Of a stretch of DNA of 16,575 bases, positions 1 through 7,559 are shown one piece after another. The stretch comes from Pseudomonadota bacterium (GTDB lineage Bacteria; Bdellovibrionota; FAC87; UBA2466): positions 1-16,575 of the forward strand of contig JAYUGC010000037.1 in NCBI GenBank assembly GCA_043767805.1. The letters run 5' to 3'. The notes under the pieces are model-generated. The model was not told where the DNA came from. It did no database searches and saw nothing but the letters and a program-made list of their open reading frames with translations. The first letter of the stretch is position 1; the number at the start of each line of letters is the position of its first letter. Both the position numbers and the translations under genes were made by a program.

Positions 1-1
1 C

Positions 2-1855
2 TTGGTCACCGTGCACGACGTCCCCCGCACCGTGGACATCAACGTTCCGGCGGGCGATCGCGAGCTCACCGAAGGCACCGAGTTCACCGAGCTCGTGACC
101 TTGGAGAGCGCCGATTTCCCCGTGGGCCCGTTTCAGCTGAACCTCACCAACCTGCCCCAGGCGGCGAAAGTCGAGCCGGTCACTGGAAATCCCAAGCAGT
201 GGAAGATCCGCTACACCCCCGATTTGCGCTCGGTTACGGTGGAAGACACCTGGACCGGAAGCATTCACTATAAGTACATCGACGTGAAGTACACGGCGGT
301 GATGCCGAGCGGAAATGCCATCTCCAAGATCTCCCGCTGGAAGATCACGGACAGCCGCAAGTTCGCGTCCATCTCCATGCCGAAGAACGTGGTTCAGGGC
401 ACGGACATCAATTTCACGCTGAACGCGGAAGACGTAAATAGCGAGTCGACGCTGGTCAGCGGCAGCACGCACCCGACGATTACGCTCGCCAACGGCCCGC
501 CGAGTGGCAGCGGCCGCCCCGAGGAAGTCGCTTCCAACGGGTCCTTCGACCCGAGCCATTTCGACACGTCCCGCGGCCCCGACTACGAAATGTGGCCGTC
601 CACCGGCTTCCCGAACGAGGAAGATTACGCGTCTCATAACTACGCGAACTTCTCGCCTTCCGCCGCGGCTCCGGCCGACGTCACGAACCAGCCTCCGGGC
701 ACTCCGTTCGGAAAGCTGACCATCACGACGGAAAAGAACGATGTGTCTCAGGGCAACGTGAACCCGGTCACCATCGCTTCGGTGCGCTGGAATCAGATTC
801 CGGCCGACAAAGTCGGCACGAGCCAGGTCTTGCGCTTCAAGGTCTGCGTCAACAAGTACCGCTGGGCCAAAGACCATTGCTCCTTCCCCGAAGTCACCGT
901 GAAATTCGACGCCGAGAAGAAGCCCGCGCCGGTTATCGACCGCTCGAAGTGGCCTCTCGCCGAGCTCCGTTACGTTCGTCAGAACGAAGCGTTCACGCTC
1001 GCTCTCCGGGTCACTGACGGCGAAGTCGGCGGTCCCACGCCGAACGTGCTCATTTTTCCTGAGTCCATGCGGACCGAAGTGAAGTGGGTAAATCAGAAAC
1101 TGGTCATCGAGCCGAAAGTGGCGGGCATCCACCAGTTCAACGTCATCGCCACCTCGGCGTTCGGCGTGGTTCAGGCCGAAAGCTTCCTCTACGAGACGCT
1201 TCCCTGGTCTTGGAGCAAGGTGCTCGTCTTGGGTGAGAGCCCGAACGACGCGGAAGTGAAAAAGACCCTCGAGCTCTTCGACGATGCGACTCTCGCCAAC
1301 CCGTCCATTCAGGCGGTGGACGAGAAGCTCCTCGCGCTCCGCACGACCCTCGTGGTCGGCACCAAGGCCCTGAGCGATCGCTCGCTCGTCGCCGAAGTGG
1401 AAAAGGCGGCGGCCCGCATCCCGAACGTCATTTTCATGACGCCGCTTCTGGATAACCTGGAAGGCACGCTGAAGACGGAAATGGCCGCGCTCAAGATTTC
1501 GCTCGATAAGCGCTATCTCGATCTCGGAACGCTACCTCCCCTGAAAGAGTTCGAAGTGCGTCTCGATCCCGCGAGCGGTTTGACGATCCCGTCGAATACC
1601 ATTCGCTTGGGAGAGAAGCTCACCGCGGAATCGAAGTCGCCACTCACCTTGCGGATCGAGACGGGCAGCAGCTGTAAAGCTCGCCTCAATCTCACGCACG
1701 CGACGGTAGCGACGCCTTTCCTAGCGGCGGCCAGCTGCAAGCGCGCGAACGGCGGAGTCTTGGTGCTTTCCGGATTTGAGTGGGCGGACCTGGAAACGAG
1801 TCTGCCGGATGCGAAGATTGCGAAAAAATGGATATCGGAAGTGGGTACCCCATGA
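2..1855 (+). CDS. Large putative surface/exported protein, 5'-truncated: tandem beta-sandwich (Ig/cadherin-like) regions and a C-terminal alpha/beta domain
   Basis: Frame is open from the window edge with biased C/G-ending codons. Beta-strand-rich segments resemble Ig-like modules (INFTLNAED, FTLALRVTDG, HQFNVIAT). The C-terminal ~210 aa alternate strand and helix (VLVLG, TLVVG, VIFMT, VLVLSG). The stop TGA overlaps the next ATG (ATGA, 1852-1855). Confidence 0.7.
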   Translation: MVTVHDVPRTVDINVPAGDRELTEGTEFTELVTLESADFPVGPFQLNLTNLPQAAKVEPVTGNPKQWKIRYTPDLRSVTVEDTWTGSIHYKYIDVKYTAVMPSGNAISKISRWKITDSRKFASISMPKNVVQGTDINFTLNAEDVNSESTLVSGSTHPTITLANGPPSGSGRPEEVASNGSFDPSHFDTSRGPDYEMWPSTGFPNEEDYASHNYANFSPSAAAPADVTNQPPGTPFGKLTITTEKNDVSQGNVNPVTIASVRWNQIPADKVGTSQVLRFKVCVNKYRWAKDHCSFPEVTVKFDAEKKPAPVIDRSKWPLAELRYVRQNEAFTLALRVTDGEVGGPTPNVLIFPESMRTEVKWVNQKLVIEPKVAGIHQFNVIATSAFGVVQAESFLYETLPWSWSKVLVLGESPNDAEVKKTLELFDDATLANPSIQAVDEKLLALRTTLVVGTKALSDRSLVAEVEKAAARIPNVIFMTPLLDNLEGTLKTEMAALKISLDKRYLDLGTLPPLKEFEVRLDPASGLTIPSNTIRLGEKLTAESKSPLTLRIETGSSCKARLNLTHATVATPFLAAASCKRANGGVLVLSGFEWADLETSLPDAKIAKKWISEVGTP

Positions 1856-2556
1856 AGTCGTTAAAGCTGGTTGTATCGTTCATGCTCTTGTCGTTCCTCG
1901 CCCTCGGCGCGGAAACCGTGACCGCTCCGGTCGCGGCGGAACCTGAGTCGCTGGATACTGAGCTTCAGAAGCTCTCCACGGAAGCTAACCAAGCTCCCGC
2001 GGGCGTCAGCAACGAGAGCTTGTATGCGGTTCAGTACCGCTACACTCCGCTTCGTCATCGCCACGAGTTCGCTTTGGGCGGCGCGAGCAACTTCACGCCG
2101 GACAGCTACACGTCCTCGAAGCAAATCGACGTCGCGTACCGTTTTTACCTGAGCGACAAGTGGTTCCTAGGTCTCTCCGGAAGCTACGTGTTCAACGAGC
2201 TCACTTCGTCGGGCGAGCGGCTTCTCACGCAAGAAGGTATTCTTCCCGATGCGACCTTCACGAAATACCGGGGCGACTTGGCCCTCGGTTACAACCTCTT
2301 CTACGGTAAGTTCCGTCTTTCCATGGATCAGGTTTTTTACTTCGACAACTACGTCTCGATCGGCCCGGGCCTCGTCCGCTACGACACCACCAGCCAGTGG
2401 GCTGCGGTCGGCGACGTCGGCATCGTGGGTTGGTTCGGCAAGCATTTCAACGTGCGCGTTGGTCTCAAGGATTACTTCGTGAAAGAAGTGCGCCGTAAGA
2501 CCCAAGGCATGACGCACAATCTGATCGGTCACTTGGATTTCGGCTACCTGTTGTAA
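1852..2556 (+). CDS. Outer-membrane beta-barrel protein, myxobacterial/Bdellovibrio type (GltA/GltB/GltH-like), 234 aa
   Basis: Start reassigned to ATG 1852, coupled to the upstream stop. Signal peptide MKSLKLVVSFMLLSFLALGA. Family-like segments AVQYRY..LRHRHEF and LFYGKF, amphipathic aromatic strands, and a C-terminal strand ending DFGYLL (BAM-signal-like). Confidence 0.85.
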   Translation: MKSLKLVVSFMLLSFLALGAETVTAPVAAEPESLDTELQKLSTEANQAPAGVSNESLYAVQYRYTPLRHRHEFALGGASNFTPDSYTSSKQIDVAYRFYLSDKWFLGLSGSYVFNELTSSGERLLTQEGILPDATFTKYRGDLALGYNLFYGKFRLSMDQVFYFDNYVSIGPGLVRYDTTSQWAAVGDVGIVGWFGKHFNVRVGLKDYFVKEVRRKTQGMTHNLIGHLDFGYLL

Positions 2557-2568
2557 AGGGGACGTTCC

Positions 2569-4209
2569 ATGAGTACGAAACTTTTCATTCTTTTTGCGCT
2601 TCTAGCAGGCCCGGCTTTCGCCGAAGGCCCGTCGGGCGGAGCCGACAGCCTCTTGGACACTCTCGGGCAGCAAGCCGGTGAGACCACCAAAGACGCTTCC
2701 AACGCCAAAGCGGGCGCGGGTATCCAGCTGAAGGATCCCTTCACCATTCAGTTCTTCTCTCTCTGGCAGAACGAGCCGAAGCTCTCCTACGAGCTGAACG
2801 CCTGGGCTCAGAAAGTCCTCAAAGGCCAGTACGCCGATGCGGCCCACCTTTGGACCGCGATTCAAAAAGACATTCCGGGAACCTTCACGGCGCCGGCGAA
2901 AGCCGCGTACCTGTACCTCCTCTGGAATCTCGACGTTCCCCAGACCTTTTTCGACGAATACACCAAAGAACTCGCGAACTCTTCCTTCGGCGAGACCCGC
3001 GCGGGCATGGCCCTCGATCAGACCATCGCGCCTGGGTTCGATAAATGGCTCTATACGAATCTTCCGCTCGTCTCTCCCGAGCAACGGGAAATCATTCGTA
3101 AGGTTCCGCTCACCCGTGGGCAGCAGTTCCTGACGCTTCAAGCGTACGTCCTCGCCCGTCAGGGAGTGCTCGCTGCCGAAACGTTGGAGAAGCTTCCTCC
3201 CGGTCACAAGATGAAGGTCGCTCTCGCGAAAACCGTCATGCTCGCGAAAGCGCGCAAAGGCGATTTGCGCGGCGCCGCAGGCATCATGAAACGCCACCTC
3301 GAGCCCGGTATCGAAGCGAGCCGCGATCCGATTGGCCTTTCGAACCACTATCTCCAAGTCGCGCGCTTGCTCTATCAAGCCGGCGCTTTGGACGGAGCCG
3401 AACAGTTTTACGAGCGCATTCCAAACAAATCGCCGGATTACTTGAAAGCCCGTGAAGAGCTCCTCTGGGTGCGCCTGCGCCAGGGCAATCTCACGAAGCT
3501 CCGGGGTGACCTCATGTCCTTCGACACGGGTCTCTTCAAGGACATTTTCGCTCCCGACGCTTACGTCGTGCGCGCGATCTCTTCCTTAAAGCTTTGCTAC
3601 TACGACAAGGTTCAGGAAAGCCTGACCGAGTTCGTCGAATCGAACCGCGCCTGGGCGAAGACCATCGACACCAATTTGAAGTCGGATAACCCGGCCATTC
3701 CGGAACCGAAAGACGAGTACACGCTTTCTTCCGAACAGAGCTTGAAACTCCGGGACAAGGAAATTGCGCGTCTCGACGTCCTCGGCAAGGAAAGCATCGC
3801 CGCTTCCCTTCCCGCCGTCGGTCCTCAGAAACATTGGGAGTCCGCCGAGAATCACCTGAAAGGCGTCCGCGAAATGGCGCTGAAAAATCAGGCCTCGGAG
3901 TACCGCCGTCAGTGGAAGAACCGCATGGCGATCCTGAAAGAAGCCATCAACAAGATGCGCTTCGTGAAGGTCGAGTTCATGAGCCAAGTCCGCGCCCTTT
4001 CCCAAGCCAAAGAGACGTCTCCTGAGCTCCTCGTGAAAGAGACCGCGAAGGAAGAATCCGGCAAGCGCACGACCGAACAGACGGTCGCGAAGCTCAAGAC
4101 GGAAGAAAACGAAATCGCGTTCCCCTTCGACGGCGTAGTGTGGCCTGACGAAGTCTTCAAGCTCCGCTCGGTCGCTCAGGCGCAGTGCTTGAAAGGGATC
4201 AAGAAATGA
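2569..4209 (+). CDS. Periplasmic TPR/alpha-helical protein, GltC-like, 546 aa
   Basis: SD AAGGGG upstream. Signal peptide ends AFA-E. TPR-like segment (LQVARLLYQAGALDGAEQFYERIPNKSPDYLKAREELLW), LKLCYY, and C-terminal FPFDGVVWPDE...C, which resembles the GltC-family terminal motif. Lies directly after a GltA/B-like barrel. Confidence 0.75.
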   Translation: MSTKLFILFALLAGPAFAEGPSGGADSLLDTLGQQAGETTKDASNAKAGAGIQLKDPFTIQFFSLWQNEPKLSYELNAWAQKVLKGQYADAAHLWTAIQKDIPGTFTAPAKAAYLYLLWNLDVPQTFFDEYTKELANSSFGETRAGMALDQTIAPGFDKWLYTNLPLVSPEQREIIRKVPLTRGQQFLTLQAYVLARQGVLAAETLEKLPPGHKMKVALAKTVMLAKARKGDLRGAAGIMKRHLEPGIEASRDPIGLSNHYLQVARLLYQAGALDGAEQFYERIPNKSPDYLKAREELLWVRLRQGNLTKLRGDLMSFDTGLFKDIFAPDAYVVRAISSLKLCYYDKVQESLTEFVESNRAWAKTIDTNLKSDNPAIPEPKDEYTLSSEQSLKLRDKEIARLDVLGKESIAASLPAVGPQKHWESAENHLKGVREMALKNQASEYRRQWKNRMAILKEAINKMRFVKVEFMSQVRALSQAKETSPELLVKETAKEESGKRTTEQTVAKLKTEENEIAFPFDGVVWPDEVFKLRSVAQAQCLKGIKK

Positions 4210-5189
4210 AGTTCAACGCCGTTGCCGTCTTGTTCACGATCGCGCTCGTTCTCGGTTGCTCGAAGGGCGACCAGTACCTGCACCACGTGGTGGAAGAGAC
4301 GCCCGAGGTTTTCAACTTCACGCATAAGCTCAAGGAAATCCAAGGCGAGAACCGCGTCGACATCATCATCGCGGTCGATAACTCCGGCTCCATGTCGGAT
4401 CATCAGAAGAACCTCGCGACCAACTCCGACCTCTTCATTCAAGAGTTCACCAAGAACCAAAAGGTTCTCGATTGGCGCATGGGGCTCATCTCGAACAACT
4501 CTCCCGAGCCGCCTTATATCGGCTTCGAAGTGGGCAACTATCTCGACAAGAACACCCCCGACAAGGTGGCCGTGTTCAACGCGGCCGTCGGCCGTCTTGG
4601 CACGAGCGGTTCCGAAGAGGCTCCCTGGAAATCCATCCAGAAAGTCATTCTCGCCCATCCGCACTGGGCCCGGAAAAACGCGATCCTCGCTCTCGTCATC
4701 ATTACGGATGCCGAAGAGCAGAGCAGTATCCCGGTAAACGATTTCGTTCAGTTCCTGACCCAGATCAAAGGCAGTACGAAACAAGTGGTTGGTTACGGCG
4801 TATACGGCCCTAAGGAATGGGGCTGCAAAGTCTCCGATTCCGATTGGAAGTACACCGGCGGCCCCTTTGAAGTATTCCACGCCCTGATTTCCGGCAAAAC
4901 GTACCATCTTTGCACGCCGGACTTCGGTAAGAACCTGGCCGACATGGGCAAGGATCTCGTCAAGCGCGTGAAGAGCCCGCGTATCGCCCTCACCCTACGT
5001 CCCGCCATCGAGACGATCCACGTCCACTATAAGGACAAGGACTTGAAGGGTGGGCCCAAGGACCAAGGCGGGTTCTGGATGTATGATTTCGACTTGAACG
5101 CCATCGTTTTTCACGATCTGGAGTTCGCGCCGGACGAGAACGAAGACGTCGTCATCTCGTACGAAGAGGCCGTCATGGCCCGTGGGTAG
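4206..5189 (+). CDS. vWA/MIDAS-domain lipoprotein, paralog 1 (CglB-like adhesin), 327 aa
   Basis: ATG 4206 overlaps the upstream stop (ATGA). Lipobox VLG-C18, MIDAS DNSGS in DIIIAVDNSGSM, LVIITD, two further Cys, and a C-terminal beta domain with W.YDFDLN.IVF...AP...VVISY. Confidence 0.88.
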   Translation: MKFNAVAVLFTIALVLGCSKGDQYLHHVVEETPEVFNFTHKLKEIQGENRVDIIIAVDNSGSMSDHQKNLATNSDLFIQEFTKNQKVLDWRMGLISNNSPEPPYIGFEVGNYLDKNTPDKVAVFNAAVGRLGTSGSEEAPWKSIQKVILAHPHWARKNAILALVIITDAEEQSSIPVNDFVQFLTQIKGSTKQVVGYGVYGPKEWGCKVSDSDWKYTGGPFEVFHALISGKTYHLCTPDFGKNLADMGKDLVKRVKSPRIALTLRPAIETIHVHYKDKDLKGGPKDQGGFWMYDFDLNAIVFHDLEFAPDENEDVVISYEEAVMARG

Positions 5190-5320
5190 TTCAGCCCCTC
5201 CACACGCCCGTAAGGCCTCGGATTCACCGGCTGAACCGGAGAGGTAACCCAACTAAGAAGCAACCAACTTGCCCGGCCTTTTTTCCGCTTACTTCTGTTA
5301 ACCCTGATTACCTTGGCTCG

Positions 5321-5349
5321 TTGCCGCCCCGTGACAACCGCGATACCCC
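5321..5349 (+). promoter_or_regulatory. Possible sigma70-type promoter for paralog 2
   Basis: TTGCCG (5321-5326), 17 bp spacer, TACCCC (5344-5349). The -35 hexamer is identical to that upstream of paralog 3, but the -10 is weak. Confidence 0.3.
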
Positions 5350-5371
5350 TTAGAGGGTAAAGGGGTGGAAC

Positions 5372-6361
5372 ATGGGAATTCGCGTACGTTTTATAGCCTT
5401 GTCTCTATTGCTCCTCGCGGGCTGCCAGCGGGGAGACCAGTACCTGCACCACGTGGTGCAGCCGACCCCGGAAGTTTTCAATTTCAACCATAAGCTCAAA
5501 GAGCTTCAGGGTGAGACCCGAGTCGACATCCTCATGGTGATCGACAACTCCGGCTCCATGGGCCAGCACCAGCAGAACGTGATCCGGAACGCGGATCTCT
5601 TCATGCAGGAGTTCACGAAGAACCAGAAGATTCTCGATTGGCGCATGGGACTCATCTCCACCGACGTACGCGAGAAACCCTACATCGGTTTCGAGGTCGG
5701 GAACTTCCTCGATAAGAACACGCCGTCACCCGTCGCCGCTTTCAGTGCCGCGGTCAACCGCTTGGGCACCAACGGCGATTCCACCGAGAAGCCCTGGGGC
5801 GCTTTGCAAAAAGTGCTCCTCGATAACCCAGCCTGGGCCAGAAAAGGCGCGATTCTCGCCCTAATCGTCATTACCGATGCCCCCGATCAGAGCCAAATTT
5901 CCTCGCGGGACTTCGTTCAGTTTTTGACCCAAATAAAATCCAATCCGCAGCAGCTCGTCGGCTACGGCGTGTACGGCGCGACAGATTGGAACTGCCCCAA
6001 TAGCGGAGAAAGCCTGCGCTACGTGGGAAGCGTTTACGAAACGTTCGCGCAGGCGGTGAAGGGTAAGAACTATCCCCTTTGCGCCGCCGACTTCGGAAAC
6101 AATTTGGCGGATCTCGGCAAGGACCTGGTCAAGCGCGTGAAGAGCCCGCGCATCGCACTCACCATGCGCCCTCAGATCGAGACCATTCACGTGCGCTGGA
6201 AAGATAAGGATCTCAAGGGCGGCCCCAAGGCGGACGGCGGGGTCTGGCAGTACGACTTCGATCTCAACTCCATCGTCTTCCACGATCTGGATTTCGCGCC
6301 GGATGAGAACGAAGAAGTCGTCATTTCCTACGAAGAAGCGGTCAAAGCCAGAAGCAACTAG
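5372..6361 (+). CDS. vWA/MIDAS-domain lipoprotein, paralog 2, 329 aa
   Basis: SD AAGGGG. Lipobox LAG-C18, DILMVIDNSGSM, IVITD. Collinear with paralog 1 over its full length. Confidence 0.9.
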   Translation: MGIRVRFIALSLLLLAGCQRGDQYLHHVVQPTPEVFNFNHKLKELQGETRVDILMVIDNSGSMGQHQQNVIRNADLFMQEFTKNQKILDWRMGLISTDVREKPYIGFEVGNFLDKNTPSPVAAFSAAVNRLGTNGDSTEKPWGALQKVLLDNPAWARKGAILALIVITDAPDQSQISSRDFVQFLTQIKSNPQQLVGYGVYGATDWNCPNSGESLRYVGSVYETFAQAVKGKNYPLCAADFGNNLADLGKDLVKRVKSPRIALTMRPQIETIHVRWKDKDLKGGPKADGGVWQYDFDLNSIVFHDLDFAPDENEEVVISYEEAVKARSN

Positions 6362-6388
6362 CGCTTCGTGACGACTAGCTTCCTCAAA

Positions 6389-6424
6389 TGCGGTCAGACC
6401 GCAGCGAGTTAACACTCGTTTTCT
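6389..6424 (+). terminator. Tandem hairpins after paralog 2, the second followed by a short U-tract (possible weak intrinsic terminator)
   Basis: TGCGGTC-A-GACCGCA (6389-6403), then CGAGT-TAAC-ACTCG (6405-6418) followed by TTTTCT. Confidence 0.35.
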
Positions 6425-6443
6425 GCCGTTTTCCGCATTCTCA

Positions 6444-6472
6444 TTGCCGTCCGCCTTTATCGACGGTAATTT
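6444..6472 (+). promoter_or_regulatory. Putative sigma70-type promoter for paralog 3
   Basis: TTGCCG (6444-6449), 17 bp spacer, TAATTT (6467-6472), then a G-rich SD and ATG 6495. Confidence 0.5.
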
Positions 6473-6494
6473 TGCGAGGAACGGGGGAAACCGC

Positions 6495-7490
6495 ATGCGA
6501 CCTTGGACGACGGCGGCTCTGGCATTCACCTTCCTATTCTTGAGCGGGTGCCAGAAAGGCGAGGCCTTTCTCCACCACGTCGTTCCTCAAGAGCCGGAAG
6601 TCTTCAACTTCACCCATAAGCTCAAAGAACTCCAAGGTGAGACGCGCGTCGACATCCTCATGGTGATCGACAACTCCGGCTCCATGGGCCAGCACCAGCA
6701 GTCGGTGATCCACAACTCCGACCTGTTCATCCAGGAGTTCGTCAAAAAACAAAGCGTCCTCGACTGGCGGATGGGCCTCATCTCCACGGACATTACCGAA
6801 CAGCCCTATATCGGTTTCGTGCCGGGCAACTTCCTAGATAAGACGACGCCCACTCCGGCAGTGGCCTTCAATAGCGCAGTGAATCGGCTTGGGACCAACG
6901 GCGACGCGACGGAGCGGCCCTGGGCCTCGGTACGTCATGCGTTCGACTCCTATCCGAATTGGGTGAGAAAGGGCGCCATCCTCGCGCTCGTTTTCGTCAC
7001 CGACGCGGAGGAACAAAGCTCGATTCCCGCCGCGGACTTCCTTACCTATCTCACTCAAATCAAGGGCACGACGCAGCAGATCGTTTCTTATGGCGTGCTC
7101 GGTCCCACGGATTGGGGATGCCCCTCCAGCGACTCGACTTGGAACTACGTGGGAAGCCCCTACGAGGATTTCGCCAAGACCATCCAAGGCAAAAACTATC
7201 CGCTCTGCAGCCAAGACTTCGGCAAGAACCTGGCCGACCTCGGCAAGGATCTCGTGAAACGGATCAAATCCCCTCGCATCGGTCTCACCATGCGTCCGCA
7301 GGTGGACACCATTCACGTGCGCTGGAAAGGCAATGATCTACCCGGTGGCCCCGCGGCTGGGGGTGGGCTCTGGATTTACGATTTCGATCTGAATGCCATC
7401 GTCTTTCACACCCTCGACTTCGCGCCCGACGACACCGAGGAAGTCGTCATCTCCTACGCCGAGGCCTTGTCGGCCCAAAGCGTTAGATAG
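6495..7490 (+). CDS. vWA/MIDAS-domain lipoprotein, paralog 3, 331 aa
   Basis: Start reassigned to ATG 6495, which has SD GGGGG and gives a normal signal peptide length. Lipobox LSG-C19, DILMVIDNSGSM, VFVTD. Confidence 0.9.
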   Translation: MRPWTTAALAFTFLFLSGCQKGEAFLHHVVPQEPEVFNFTHKLKELQGETRVDILMVIDNSGSMGQHQQSVIHNSDLFIQEFVKKQSVLDWRMGLISTDITEQPYIGFVPGNFLDKTTPTPAVAFNSAVNRLGTNGDATERPWASVRHAFDSYPNWVRKGAILALVFVTDAEEQSSIPAADFLTYLTQIKGTTQQIVSYGVLGPTDWGCPSSDSTWNYVGSPYEDFAKTIQGKNYPLCSQDFGKNLADLGKDLVKRIKSPRIGLTMRPQVDTIHVRWKGNDLPGGPAAGGGLWIYDFDLNAIVFHTLDFAPDDTEEVVISYAEALSAQSVR

Positions 7491-7511
7491 CGTTGTCTCG
7501 TCGTCAATCCG

Positions 7512-7541
7512 GTACCGCGCCCGCCCCAAAAGCGGTACACT
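7512..7541 (+). promoter_or_regulatory. Possible promoter and operator-like inverted repeat upstream of paralog 4
   Basis: -10-like TACACT (7536-7541). The inverted repeat GTACCGC (7512-7518) / GCGGTAC (7532-7538) spans the -35 and -10 positions. Confidence 0.35.
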
Positions 7542-7559
7542 TTGCGCACGGAGGAAAAC

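Noticed and set aside
1780..1851. Longer starts in the ORF track (1780, 4185, 6444, 7542, 12861, 13760)
   Set aside because: Downstream ATGs give proper signal peptides with SD sequences or ATGA coupling. The extensions overlap neighbouring genes or promoter elements.
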